64,000 bases of DNA from Bdellovibrionales bacterium (GCA_965203875.1 OZ241914.1:1358039-1422038); one strand, 5' to 3'. Positions 47,421-57,744 are shown, numbered from the stretch's first letter. Program-made: numbers and translations. The notes: a model not told the origin generated them from the letters alone.

Positions 47421-48230
47421 ATGATGGACGATATAAAAAACCTAGATATTATTAAAAATCTGGATGATAGATTGAATAGGCTAAAGTCAAATCTGGAAAA
47501 ACAGCTCCAGTTAGCCAAGGATATTCAAAAACTAAGCTCCATAGTTGAGTTTCCTCATATAAAGGGTTTTGATTTTAGTACAAGACATATAGCAAGTGCT
47601 GTATCTGGTGGGGACTATTTTGATGTTTTGGAAATAAAAAATTCAGTGCTTATTTTGCTCAGTGCTGCATCAAACCACTCCACTGCGGCCATGTTACTTA
47701 GAAGGGTTATAAATTTTGACGCCAAAAAGGACGGTGATTCTATTGTAAATCACATACGCCTTGGGCTGCAGGAGGAGATGAATCCCCAGGATAACTTGAG
47801 TATCATGCTGATGCTCATCGATAAGAAACAAACCAGTTTAAGCTATTGCAACGTAGGCGATAACGTGGGTTGGATTCAGACGGAAGATAATTTGGTTAGG
47901 CTGGCTAGACTGGGAGAAAGACTCTCTGGTGATAACTTTACTTTTCCAAAAGATGTTCAAGAAGAAATATCCTTTGGTTCAAGAGTGATACTTGTTAGTT
48001 ATGGTTTAATTTTGTGTACTAATGAATTTGGCGAACCTTTTGGAGTAACTAAGATGGAAAGCATGATTGCGGAAGGTCAAGGTAAAAATGCACATGATCT
48101 AAAGCATGAGATTCTATTTGCCTTACACAAACACACTAACGGTGATTTTAATAGAGATGCCACTTTGGTTATAGTTGATGTAAAAGAGGACGCAAGACAG
48201 TACAAACTCAGGTTAGTAACTGATGGTTGA
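47421..48230 (+). CDS. PP2C-type (SpoIIE/RsbU-like) serine phosphatase domain protein
   Basis: A coiled-coil N-terminus followed by ASAVSGGDYFDV and a terminal DATLVIVDV, typical of SpoIIE-family phosphatases. Confidence 0.65.
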   Translation: MMDDIKNLDIIKNLDDRLNRLKSNLEKQLQLAKDIQKLSSIVEFPHIKGFDFSTRHIASAVSGGDYFDVLEIKNSVLILLSAASNHSTAAMLLRRVINFDAKKDGDSIVNHIRLGLQEEMNPQDNLSIMLMLIDKKQTSLSYCNVGDNVGWIQTEDNLVRLARLGERLSGDNFTFPKDVQEEISFGSRVILVSYGLILCTNEFGEPFGVTKMESMIAEGQGKNAHDLKHEILFALHKHTNGDFNRDATLVIVDVKEDARQYKLRLVTDG

Positions 48231-48287
48231 CAAAAACCTGACTATGTTTGATATTGGGTCTCGTACCTTTAATACAAGATATGTTTT

Positions 48288-49379
48288 ATGAATTATGATA
48301 AAGCCATAGATAGAGGCTTGGAAGGCGTGGTTGCCTGTACCACGTCTATTTCTTCGATAGTGGCCAGCAACTTAGCTTATAGAGGCTATAGGATTGAAGA
48401 CCTAGTTTCCTACTCTTTTGAAGAAGTAGTTTTTTTACTATGGAATAACAAATTACCCACTTCAGAAGAGTTGGCAACATTTAAAAAATCTCTTTTAGCA
48501 AAAATAACCTTAGATGATTCTTTGGTAAGCCAACTAAAGAGGCTGCCTACTAACTGCCATCCTATGTCTTTTTTAACAACTGCTGTATCAATTATTTCAC
48601 TTCATGCTGATAGAAATGAAGATAAACTCCAATCTTGTTACAACCTAGTAGCTAAGATGGGAATGTTGGTTGCCTTGTTTGACAGATTAAGAAATTCTAA
48701 AGATATGATTAAGCCTAGATTGGATAAGACAATAGCCTGGAATTTTTTGTACTGTATTAGTGGAAAAGAACCAAAAGATTATATGGTAGATGTGTTCGAT
48801 AAATGTCTTATCTTACATGCTGATCATGAGTTAAATTGCTCCACTTTTGCTGCAAGAGTTACTACTTCTTCATTAAGTGACATATATTCCGCAGTGACAA
48901 GTGCGATCGGCACACTTAAAGGACCTTTACACGGCGGTGCCAATGAGCAAGTTATGTCTATGTTAAAGAAAATTGGAAGTGTTTCCAATGCTAGGCCTTG
49001 GGTTGAAAAAGCTCTTTTGAATAAAGAGCGTATCATGGGGTTCGGACACCGTGTTTATAAAAACGGTGATCCCAGAGCTGGTGTGCTAAAAGAAATGAGT
49101 CGAAAACTTTCTGAAAAATCTGAATCTGTTTGGTTTGAAATTTCAAAAGAGGTTGAAAAGATAGTAAAAGAAAAGAAAAGGCTCTTGCCAAACGTAGATT
49201 TTTATTCTGCGACCGTATATTACTCGATGGGGATTCCGACTGATTTATATACCCCTATATTTGCTACCTCCAGAGTTTCAGGTTGGCTAGCACATATTTT
49301 GGAACAATATTCTAACAACAGAATATATAGACCTAGAGGAAAATACGTAGGACCTACCGTAAGAGAGCTGGACAAGTAA
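48288..49379 (+). CDS. Citrate synthase / 2-methylcitrate synthase (short type)
   Basis: GFGHRVYKNGDPRA, HADHELNCSTF and GPLHGGANE are citrate-synthase active-site blocks. 363 aa. Confidence 0.9.
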   Translation: MNYDKAIDRGLEGVVACTTSISSIVASNLAYRGYRIEDLVSYSFEEVVFLLWNNKLPTSEELATFKKSLLAKITLDDSLVSQLKRLPTNCHPMSFLTTAVSIISLHADRNEDKLQSCYNLVAKMGMLVALFDRLRNSKDMIKPRLDKTIAWNFLYCISGKEPKDYMVDVFDKCLILHADHELNCSTFAARVTTSSLSDIYSAVTSAIGTLKGPLHGGANEQVMSMLKKIGSVSNARPWVEKALLNKERIMGFGHRVYKNGDPRAGVLKEMSRKLSEKSESVWFEISKEVEKIVKEKKRLLPNVDFYSATVYYSMGIPTDLYTPIFATSRVSGWLAHILEQYSNNRIYRPRGKYVGPTVRELDK

Positions 49380-49405
49380 GCATTATTTTTGATGGAGTTT
49401 TTAAT

Positions 49406-50221
49406 ATGCCCTTGGGTTTGGATGAAAAGTTGGCCGGAACGTCCCAATTTTTATTATCTAAAACCAAATACAGGCCCAAGATTGCTCTGGTTCTAGGTTC
49501 TGGGTTTGGCTCCTTTAATTTGGATAAATCTGTAAGTATTAAGTTTAAAGATATTCCGCATTTTATCCCTACCAGTGTTGAGGGCCATCCAGGTGAGTTA
49601 GTTTTTGGCCTGTTAGATGAAGTAGAATTTTTAGTCTTAAGAGGCAGGCTTCACCTTTATGAAGGATATAGTGTGGATAAAGTAGTCTATCCTATTAGGA
49701 CACTAGCAACATTAGGTATTAACAGGTTAATCCTTTCTAATGCTGCTGGAGGAATTAATCCTTTGCTGAAGAAATCGGATTTTATGGTCATTGTAGATCA
49801 TATAAATTTAACCGGCACAAACCCGCTCGTCGGTAAAAAAGACGGAGTTAAATTTTTGGACATGACTTATGCTTATGATCCTTCGTTAACCAAAAAGCTG
49901 GAGGATTCTTTAAGTGATTTGAATTTGGGATATCAAAAAGGTGTTTATTGTGGTGTTTTAGGTCCTAGTTATGAAACACCTTCTGAGGTAAAACTTTTAA
50001 AGATTATAGGTGCGGATGCGGTTGGAATGAGCACAGTAAATGAATGTATAGCTGCCAACGAAATGGGTTTAAAGGTAGCTGGAATTAGTTGCATTACCAA
50101 TGCTGCCCCAGGCACTACAAAAGAAATACTTAGCCATGAAGATGTATGTAAGGTGAGTCAATCTATATCTAGTAATTTTGATAAATTAATAAGAACTTTT
50201 GTCAAAAAGATAAACCATTGA
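49406..50221 (+). CDS. Purine nucleoside phosphorylase (trimeric PunA-type)
   Basis: GPSYETPSEVKLLKIIGADAVGMSTVNE, 271 aa. Confidence 0.88.
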   Translation: MPLGLDEKLAGTSQFLLSKTKYRPKIALVLGSGFGSFNLDKSVSIKFKDIPHFIPTSVEGHPGELVFGLLDEVEFLVLRGRLHLYEGYSVDKVVYPIRTLATLGINRLILSNAAGGINPLLKKSDFMVIVDHINLTGTNPLVGKKDGVKFLDMTYAYDPSLTKKLEDSLSDLNLGYQKGVYCGVLGPSYETPSEVKLLKIIGADAVGMSTVNECIAANEMGLKVAGISCITNAAPGTTKEILSHEDVCKVSQSISSNFDKLIRTFVKKINH

Positions 50222-50227
50222 TATATG

Positions 50228-51343
50228 CTATCTTGTAAATTGTTTTTTTGCCAGTGTGATGGCCTCTTGTTTAGTACTAATTTTACAGTTTAATTGTGCT
50301 TTCCTTATATAAGTTAGAACTTCTGCAAATTTTGTATTTGATATAGGGAGTGCCTTTAGGTCATCACCGTTTATCAACGGTTGTTCATAAGGATATTTTT
50401 TTTTAATTTCAGTTAGTAATTCTATTTCTTTTATTCTGTTTTCTGATTTTAAAATGTCTATTAAGCTGCTGTACCAATCTGTCAAAACTAGATTTCTTAA
50501 TGTGTATAATTCCTCATTTAACAAATCTTTGTTAGCACCATTGCAAAGCTCATCTATAGTTTTTTTTATTTTTTTTGAATTACAAAAATACTCTTTTATA
50601 ACACCTCTTCTAAGTAAAATGGCAAGCCTGGCTTCCAGATCACCCGATAATTTTACATCGTTTTTGACAAAGTCTTCCGGTATTAATGCTGATAGAGTTT
50701 TAATACCTTGTTCTGCCTTATTGGACATGATTATTTTGTGAAATTCTTGTTCGAATCTTTCCTTACTAACGTTTTTGATTTCTTTATTTAAAGTTTTTAT
50801 TGCCTTAAATGTTTCTTCTTCAATTTTCCAGTTCAGTTGACAGCTAAACCTTATTGCTCTGAGTATTCTTAGTTTATCTTCTGTAAATCTTTCTATAGGA
50901 TCACCTACAGCTCTTATTATTTTTTTTTGTATATCCTGAATGCCACCTACGTGATCGATTACTTTATTGTTTGTAAGATCAAAGAATAGAGCGTTGCAGG
51001 TAAAATCTCTCCTTAATGCATCAGATTTGGGGTCGCCAAATTCTATTCTGGATGGATGTCTGCCATCATAGTTGTAGTCTTTTCTGAAAGTTGTTATTTC
51101 GTAGGGGATACTGTTTAGCTTGACCGTTATTGTGCCAAAGCTTTTTCCTATGTTGGATGTATGCTCAAAGATATTTTCTACTTCGTCAGGTTTGGCGTTG
51201 GTTGCAAAATCGATGTCGTATGGTTGTCTGTTGATTATGGTATCTCTTACACATCCTCCTGCCAGATATACTATAAAGTTATTTTCTGTTAATTTTTTGT
51301 GAATGTAGTGCGTATTATCTTTATGTTGTGAAGGCAAGTTCAT
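50228..51343 (-). CDS. cca: CCA-adding tRNA nucleotidyltransferase / poly(A) polymerase family
   Basis: YLAGGCVRDTIINRQPYDIDFAT head-domain motif and RDFTCNALF. Confidence 0.85.
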   Translation of the reverse strand: MNLPSQHKDNTHYIHKKLTENNFIVYLAGGCVRDTIINRQPYDIDFATNAKPDEVENIFEHTSNIGKSFGTITVKLNSIPYEITTFRKDYNYDGRHPSRIEFGDPKSDALRRDFTCNALFFDLTNNKVIDHVGGIQDIQKKIIRAVGDPIERFTEDKLRILRAIRFSCQLNWKIEEETFKAIKTLNKEIKNVSKERFEQEFHKIIMSNKAEQGIKTLSALIPEDFVKNDVKLSGDLEARLAILLRRGVIKEYFCNSKKIKKTIDELCNGANKDLLNEELYTLRNLVLTDWYSSLIDILKSENRIKEIELLTEIKKKYPYEQPLINGDDLKALPISNTKFAEVLTYIRKAQLNCKISTKQEAITLAKKQFTR

Positions 51344-52203
51344 AAATACCTTCGATATAGTTCTGGCAATTTTTTTAAGGATTCTAAATCTACTATGTCT
51401 TTAGTTTTTTCTAGAAGATTATTCATAACATTTAATCTTAAAAGTGCATATGCTTCTTTTTGAATTTTATCTGAGGTGTACCGTTTAAAATTTTTAGATA
51501 CGTTCGATATGATGTAGCTAACTACCTCATCTATGCCTTTTTTTAAAACCGTGGATGTTTCAAAAACTCTTACAGTTTTCTTGGTTGAGATTCCTGTAAG
51601 CTCATTTTTTAACAATGATGCACCTTCTCTATCTGACTTATTTACTATAAAAAAAGAGGCTATCTCCATCAGCCCTGCTTTCATAGCTTGAATACTGTCT
51701 CCACTTTCAGGCGTCAATACAACACCTACGCTGTCTGCAGCATACATGATTTCCCATTCTGTCTGACCTACCCCGACTGTCTCTACAAACACTATGTCAA
51801 AACCTGCACAGTCAAATGCACGAAGAAGTAAATAGCTTATGGCACAAATGCCACCTATATCTCCTCTGGTACCTATCGACCTTACGAATACGTTTTTATG
51901 ATCTTTATACCTAATCCTATCTCCTAGCACTGCTCCGTTTGAAAAAGGACTGGTAGGATCTATTGCCAGCACACCTACTTTAAATTTATCCAAGTGAGGT
52001 AGGAAGCAATTTATTAAACTAGATTTTCCACTGCCAGGAGGGCCGGTAATGCCCAGCCTAAATGCATTGTGCTTGGGTTTTAATAAATACTGTGAATTAA
52101 GTACCTCAGGACCTGTGTTTTCAATGAATGTCAAAAGTTTAGAAAATGTTCTTTGATCCTTGTAGGCTCCTTTACATAGCAAATCTAAAGCTTTTAACAT
52201 CAC
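51340..52203 (-). CDS. meaB: Methylmalonyl-CoA mutase-associated G-protein chaperone (MeaB/ArgK)
   Basis: GITGPPGSGKSSLI (P-loop), VETVGVGQ and NKSD. Confidence 0.88.
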   Translation of the reverse strand: MMLKALDLLCKGAYKDQRTFSKLLTFIENTGPEVLNSQYLLKPKHNAFRLGITGPPGSGKSSLINCFLPHLDKFKVGVLAIDPTSPFSNGAVLGDRIRYKDHKNVFVRSIGTRGDIGGICAISYLLLRAFDCAGFDIVFVETVGVGQTEWEIMYAADSVGVVLTPESGDSIQAMKAGLMEIASFFIVNKSDREGASLLKNELTGISTKKTVRVFETSTVLKKGIDEVVSYIISNVSKNFKRYTSDKIQKEAYALLRLNVMNNLLEKTKDIVDLESLKKLPELYRRYL

Positions 52204-52381
52204 GGAATAATACCACGAAGCCTGTAAAAAGCCTAGGTATCTAACACTACAGAATTTAACAAGTATTCCGATCTTAGATTCAGGACGTAAGGCCTGTTGA
52301 GAAAATTTTGGCTTTATATGATCCTGTTATTGGTGAGGAGTTTAATGGTCGGCCTACTTAGGTTGTATTTGTCGGTTAAGT

Positions 52382-53521
52382 ATGTTTTCTAACAAGCAAA
52401 AATTAGTTTTTATTGTGGTAACAGCCTTGGTTGTTGGTGTGATTGGTATGATTTTTTCTAGCGGAAGAGATAAAGAAGAATATGACGACAAAAGATATTT
52501 AGGAGCCTTAGGTAAAAGAACAAATAGAGATAATACTGTTTGGTTAAATAAAGCTATCTCATTTAAAAAAACAACCAGAGAAACAGAGCCTGAAATTATC
52601 GAAGAACAACCAGAACTTAAGCCAGAACCTAAAAAAAAAGAAGCTAAGAAAGATAAGAAAAAAGCAAAAAAAAATGCCAAGAAAAAAGACGCTGAAAAGA
52701 AAGGGCCAGTAATGGTAAGAATGGGTGGTGGTCCGGTAGGTGAGGGTGCACAATCTCAGGACAACACAGGTGCAGTGGCTAATGAGGATTCTCCAGCCAA
52801 TAATCCTGTTCCAGCTGCTCCCTATGCTGCAACAGGAGGTGGTATTATGGATCCTGCTGCCACAGACAACTCCATGGGTTTTGGTAATCCGACCAACAAT
52901 CCGGATTATTGGACTAGCGTATTGATGGATTCACCATCATTAAGTAATTTGGAAAAATTAGTAGATGCATACAGATCCAACAGTATATCCGATGCCACTT
53001 TTTATTCGGTAGTATCGAACATGTTAGAAGATGACAATAGGCTTGTCAGACACTACGGGCTTTTGAGTTTATCCAGAACCCCAAGTGCAAGAAGCTTTAG
53101 AGAACTGGTAGAATTTAAAAATAATTCTCAGTATGAGGGTGCAACCAGTAAAGTAGATAGATCTCTAAAGTTATACACTCTATATAGACATGCCAACGTG
53201 GTGAACACAGTACTAGAAGATGAAGATGCTAATGTAAAATTGGAGGCTATAAAAATTGGAAAAGAGTCGGCCGAAAGAAGCCTGGCATCTGTAGATGATA
53301 CTTCTAAACCGGAAGAAGAACCAGAGTCTGTAGATAATATGGGAAGACCTGTAAGAGAACTTAGCAGCGTGAAAGCAGCTATAGATCCTGCCATATACGA
53401 AGAAATTGCGATTAAGATAGAAAGCATTTCTAGATCAGAACAGGATACACAAATTATAAACTCTGCTCAGGATGCACACAGCTCAATCAACAAATTGTTA
53501 GAGCAATACAAGGAAGAATAA
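52382..53521 (+). CDS. Hypothetical membrane-anchored protein with a Lys-rich low-complexity region
   Basis: N-terminal TM helix (LVFIVVTALVVGVIGMIF) and a KKKEAKKDKKKAKKNAKKK tract. The C-terminal half is possibly helical-repeat. Confidence 0.5.
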   Translation: MFSNKQKLVFIVVTALVVGVIGMIFSSGRDKEEYDDKRYLGALGKRTNRDNTVWLNKAISFKKTTRETEPEIIEEQPELKPEPKKKEAKKDKKKAKKNAKKKDAEKKGPVMVRMGGGPVGEGAQSQDNTGAVANEDSPANNPVPAAPYAATGGGIMDPAATDNSMGFGNPTNNPDYWTSVLMDSPSLSNLEKLVDAYRSNSISDATFYSVVSNMLEDDNRLVRHYGLLSLSRTPSARSFRELVEFKNNSQYEGATSKVDRSLKLYTLYRHANVVNTVLEDEDANVKLEAIKIGKESAERSLASVDDTSKPEEEPESVDNMGRPVRELSSVKAAIDPAIYEEIAIKIESISRSEQDTQIINSAQDAHSSINKLLEQYKEE

Positions 53522-53600
53522 AAGTCTTCATTTTCAAATGACTCGAAGGCTCCGCTTCAAGTCTCACACTCATCTTTGTTGCATATGAGGTATCAGTTTT
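53519..53600 (+). repeat. Degenerate SR-1-like fragment starting on the TAA stop of 52382..53521
   Basis: TAAaagtcttcatttt... The tail ...catctttgttgcat also occurs at the distal end of the 13.5-kb copy. Weakly conserved. Confidence 0.5.
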
Positions 53601-53631
53601 TTTAAGGCTTCCAGGTTGAAACAAAGCCATC

Positions 53632-54387
53632 TTAGTCTTTCACTTTTACGATTGGTATAATACTTGAAAGACAGTCTTTTCTTCTGATTATACTAAGCAA
53701 AGTAATTGGCAGCACTCCTGTTATGGTCATAACCAGGCACCTAAAAAATACTCTGATTGGATAAAACATGCTACTTCGGTGTTTAGTGTATCCAAGTTTC
53801 ATATCCACAGCCCACTCACCTAAAGTGCAAAATGTTACACTTCTAGAAAGTACAAGGTAAAACATGGAGATTGAAACAAACAAAACGGCCATCATCCCCT
53901 GTGTCATAGGATCAGACATAATGTTTGTGGAAAACACGCTGGTATTTAAATCTGTCACAACAAAAAGTGCAACAGACGCTGTAAGAAACAACCCGGACAC
54001 AATAAAAAAATCAAACAATAGTGCAACCAGACTGTGGCAACTTTTGACCTCAACTACTTTGTTAGTTTCCTCTGCTGTAGGCTGTTTAGATTCTTCAGTC
54101 GTGGTATCAAATTGAATGAGCGGATTTTTTAAAGCTGGAACATAACGGCCCGGCCTGTTTTTAACACCCACACCTGCTTTGCCTATACCAGGTAAATTAT
54201 CAGGTAAATCTTGATCCATATAATCTTCTTTAGTGCCAAAAGGATTAGACTCAGAATCTGGCATACTCAAAGCCAGCTTTTTATCAACAAAGCCGGCTTT
54301 TTTGACCTCCGAATCCAGATCAACCTTTTTCTTATGAAACCCCAAACCTTCGGATAAAGGCTTGAGCTTAAAATCCTCAAAATCCAT
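53632..54387 (-). CDS. Hypothetical membrane protein (3 hydrophobic helices in the C-terminal half)
   Basis: 251 aa with a charged N-terminal half followed by three TM-like segments. Possibly RDD-like, but not confirmed. Confidence 0.5.
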   Translation of the reverse strand: MDFEDFKLKPLSEGLGFHKKKVDLDSEVKKAGFVDKKLALSMPDSESNPFGTKEDYMDQDLPDNLPGIGKAGVGVKNRPGRYVPALKNPLIQFDTTTEESKQPTAEETNKVVEVKSCHSLVALLFDFFIVSGLFLTASVALFVVTDLNTSVFSTNIMSDPMTQGMMAVLFVSISMFYLVLSRSVTFCTLGEWAVDMKLGYTKHRSSMFYPIRVFFRCLVMTITGVLPITLLSIIRRKDCLSSIIPIVKVKD

Positions 54388-54630
54388 GAGAATAATATAG
54401 ACACCTTTGGTATCAAATAAAAGCTAAATTTACTTTGGCCAAAAATCCCAAAATAACGCTATTTGTTATTTCTATGTTTGGTGGCAGGTGGTGTTGTTTT
54501 TTATAAAGAAAATATAAATTAAAAGAAATAGTAAAAATAATGTGGACATGTGTATTTTTTTTAGTTAGTTTCCGACCGCTATTCGGGCATTTATCCGTGG
54601 CATTTTATCCGCATTTAGGAGGTATAGTTT

Positions 54631-55515
54631 ATGAGGATGTTTGTATCAACAGTATTTGTGTTTTGTTTTCTGGCGTTAAGTGTAAATGCCCAGGATGCAG
54701 CAGAAGGAATGGAGCCGGCAGCTCAAGAGTCGGCAGGTATGGATTCTGGTGGAGATTCTGAAGGGTTATTTAGTGGTACCCTCATAGACTACTGGGTTGA
54801 ATTGCCGAGGTCAAACTCACTTGAGACAGACAATGTTCAAGGACGCCACGGTATTCACAGAAATCCAGGTTACTTTTTGACTCTTCGTCCATATCGTACG
54901 CTAGATGACGGATCTAAGCTTGCTTTAGCTATGCAGCTTTTAAACGATGGTGACTACATAGTGGATGATCCTTACTTGATGTATAGCAGAAACCTATTAC
55001 AGGCAGGATCATTGAATTTGAGCGGTTATTTAAGGTATTACATCCCTGTTTCTCACGATGCTTTGGCCAATGACAGGATCTCTTATTTGAGAGCACTTGT
55101 AAGTGCTAAGTTTACTACTCCTGCTGATGGCGTGATGGTCGGTTTGAATGCTGAGCTAAGACATTATGCGTACAATGGTGATGGTACTAGAGCTGAAGGT
55201 GAGGCAGATACTCGTGACAATCATCGGTTGACCTTGTATGGCTCAATATCTGGATCAGTTGGTCCATTTTCGTTTTACACTTGGCATGGTCTAAGATTTA
55301 GAAGTACGAAAGCTGCCGATGGTCATGACCAGCATTATGCTTACAATGAAACTCTCTTGCTAACTGACATAGGCGATACTGGTTACAAAGCTGGTATAGG
55401 TGCGGTTGAGTACAGACCTATAATGGACAGTGCTGATTTAAGAGGTGAAGGTCAGAACTTCTTGTACAACAAAAATTACACCAACTATGTTCTGAACTTT
55501 AACGGTTCGTTCTAA
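54631..55515 (+). CDS. Putative outer-membrane beta-barrel protein
   Basis: Signal peptide (FCFLALSVNA/QD), alternating aromatic/Gly-rich strands and a C-terminal ...NFNGSF with terminal Phe. AGGAGG RBS. Confidence 0.55.
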   Translation: MRMFVSTVFVFCFLALSVNAQDAAEGMEPAAQESAGMDSGGDSEGLFSGTLIDYWVELPRSNSLETDNVQGRHGIHRNPGYFLTLRPYRTLDDGSKLALAMQLLNDGDYIVDDPYLMYSRNLLQAGSLNLSGYLRYYIPVSHDALANDRISYLRALVSAKFTTPADGVMVGLNAELRHYAYNGDGTRAEGEADTRDNHRLTLYGSISGSVGPFSFYTWHGLRFRSTKAADGHDQHYAYNETLLLTDIGDTGYKAGIGAVEYRPIMDSADLRGEGQNFLYNKNYTNYVLNFNGSF

Positions 55516-55538
55516 TACAAAATTGAAATTCTGTTATG

Positions 55539-55593
55539 ATGGCTAAAAGGTTACCACCTTTTAGCCATTGTGCTATTTCCCTATTTTTATTTT
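55539..55593 (+). terminator. Intrinsic terminator of the OMP gene
   Basis: Perfect 12-bp stem atggctaaaagg / ccttttagccat with a 6-nt loop, followed by a T-rich tract (ctatttttatttt). Confidence 0.75.
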
Positions 55594-55671
55594 GCTGATT
55601 TTTGTGGCCTGTGGTGTTACTTTCTAAGGTCGGTGTTATTTCGTAGCTTATTTAAGTATACTGGTTAGATA

Positions 55672-55764
55672 GGAGGGGTGGGTGAGTGGTTTAAACCAGC
55701 AGTTTGCTAAATTGTCGTACGGATTATATCCGTACCGAGAGTTCGAATCTCTCCCCCTCCGCCA
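55672..55764 (+). tRNA. tRNA-Ser (anticodon GCT)
   Basis: Perfect acceptor stem GGAGGGG/CCCCTCC, anticodon loop TT-GCT-AA, a long variable arm (gtacggat-tata-atccgtac), T-arm GAGAG-TTCGAAT-CTCTC and an encoded CCA. Confidence 0.95.
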
Positions 55765-55800
55765 CATACCCACAAAGTAGTGTGGCATAAAACTATTTTT
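55759..55800 (+). repeat. 42-bp direct repeat, left copy (last 6 nt of tRNA-Ser plus downstream hairpin/T-run)
   Basis: ccgccacatacccacaaagtagtgtggcataaaactattttt is identical to 57745-57786. Confidence 0.95.
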
Positions 55801-55912
55801 ATCCAAACATACCAAGCTTTCAGACTAGTATTTTGCCAAACATCCTGTTCTCATGAATAGTTTTTATCTTAAGTATTAAAGACAACAAGTAGTTTGACCG
55901 TAACGAGGTAAT

Positions 55913-57237
55913 ATGAGAAAGGGACTTCGTAAAAAAATTGAAGATGCCAAGAAAATGCATTCCCAAAAAATACAGAGTAACCGAATTTACCTTGGGGACA
56001 ACTTAGAGATAATGAAATCCCTCGAAAGTGGTAAAATCGATCTGATCTATATCGACCCTCCATTTTGTGCTCAAAATGTTTTGGAATCAAAAGCCTGGGG
56101 TAAAAAAATATCCTTTAATGACAAATGGGGAGGTGGTATCCATTCCTATATCAAATGGCTTGTCCCTAGACTTCGTCAGTGTCACCGGCTTTTAAAAGAT
56201 GTCGGAATTTTTGTTTTGCATTTGGATTGGAGAAGTGTTCACTATGCCCGGGTTGAACTTGATAAAATTTTTGGAGACAAACAATTCTTAAACCAAATAA
56301 TATGGCAATACAAAACTGGAGGAAATTCAAAAAAATTTTTTGCAAGAAAGCATGATGTTTTGTTGATATACTCTAAATCGAATAAGTGGATATATAATGT
56401 ACAAAAAGAAAAATCTTATACAAAGGCAAAAAATAGGCAGGCAGGTATTGTAAACCTAGGTCAAGGAGAAGCAGAATTTTTTGAAGATAAAAATGGAGTT
56501 TTCAGTTGGATTAATATGAGAGATGTTTGGGACATTCCTTATATCAATTCTCAAGCACGAGAAAGACTTGGTTATCCGACGCAAAAACCATTGGCATTGC
56601 TTGAAAGAATAGTAACAGCATTTACAAACGAAGGAAATATTGTTGCCGATTTTTTCTGCGGCTGCGGTACAACTCTAGATGCAGCTCAAAATCTCAGTCG
56701 CAAATGGTTGGGTGCTGATATTTCTCCAGACGCTATTGCTGTTATTAAAGGGAGGATGCTTAGAGAACACAATATTAAAGTTGAAGTTGTCGATACAAAC
56801 CAGCTTACTAGGGAGGAAATCTATAAGCTAAAGCCTCTTGAATTTGAAAAGAAGATGGTGGAAATGCTAGGAGGAACGCCTAATACCAAACAGACTGGGG
56901 ACAGGGGTATCGACGGCTGGACGCACGATCACAGACCTATACAGGTGAAGATGTCCAAAAATGTAGGAAGACCTGTCATCGATAATTTTATAAAAATGTA
57001 AAACAAGGCAACGGGAAGGGAGTTATTATTGCCATGAGTTTTTCAAGAACGGCTCATGAGGAAGTTGCTAAACTTGCAAACGAAGAAGGATTGGAAATCG
57101 GTCTTATACCAAGTGACGATCTTATCAGGGATGCAGGAAATACCTCCAAAAGCAAACCTGAAAAAGCATTAGAAAGATCAAGAAAAGTCGTACCTAAAAG
57201 AAAGGACAGAAGAAAAAAGACGACAAAGTCGTCTTAG
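55913..57237 (+). pseudogene. Beta-class N6A/N4C DNA methyltransferase fused to an Mrr-like (PD-(D/E)xK) nuclease domain, split by a frameshift at A5 (56992-56996)
   Basis: DLIYIDPPF (motif IV) lies upstream of FFCGCGTT (motif I), which is the beta-class order. The C-terminus reads GDRGIDGW...IQVKMSKNVGRPVIDNFIKM*. The +1 frame continues KNVKQGNGKGVIIAMSFSRTAHEE..., which is open from 56986. One extra A restores a single 441-aa ORF. Confidence 0.75.
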
Positions 57238-57476
57238 GCTTTTGGAATAAGCGGGATAACATTTTCAGGAAAATAGAATTTGTAATAATCTTTGATTAGC
57301 CGTTCTCTTTCCTGCATTAATTCGTCCAACTCCTCTTCGTAAAGATCAAGCTTACCTTCATTGAAAAGCTCAATGGCATCTGAAATTTCGTCCATTTCTC
57401 TAGCTATTTGTTGGATATCCATCTGGGGTTTTATAAGCCAGAATGGCCTATGTATGTCAAATAACTTAACCTGCAA
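57234..57476 (-). CDS. Small acidic hypothetical protein inside the islet
   Basis: 80-aa ORF with helical/acidic composition. No family recognised. Confidence 0.35.
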   Translation of the reverse strand: MQVKLFDIHRPFWLIKPQMDIQQIAREMDEISDAIELFNEGKLDLYEEELDELMQERERLIKDYYKFYFPENVIPLIPKA

Positions 57477-57744
57477 TGACGCATACTACTGATATTCTGC
57501 TCATAAACCAAAAATTGCCATCTAGCAACGTGGCAAAAGCAAGCTTGATCAACTTTTCTTGCTTTAGTCTATCTCTTCTGATCCTTGCTACCAGTGACCA
57601 TGTTTCTTATGAAAAAAATTCACTAGGAAAACAAGATACTAAAGCCACTCTCATATCTTGGCCCCCCAGAGCCTATAGTGCAGTCCATTGAATGGTGGAC
57701 AACCTTACCTGTTGAAGTGTGTACCGTAAGACAATAGCTTGTGG

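Noticed and set aside
54598-54616. Sigma-54-like promoter TGGCAT-N5-CCGCA just upstream of the OMP gene, near a sigma-54 activator elsewhere in the window.
   Set aside because: The -12 element is only about 19 bp from the ATG, so transcription would start inside or after the AGGAGG RBS. The -12 TTGC is also imperfect (CCGC), so this is probably a chance match.
57477-57744. Search for an integrase/recombinase remnant between the small ORF and the right 42-bp repeat (includes ORF 57476..57691).
   Set aside because: All six frames give only short stop-riddled peptides with no recombinase-like motifs. ORF 57476..57691 has no recognisable features.
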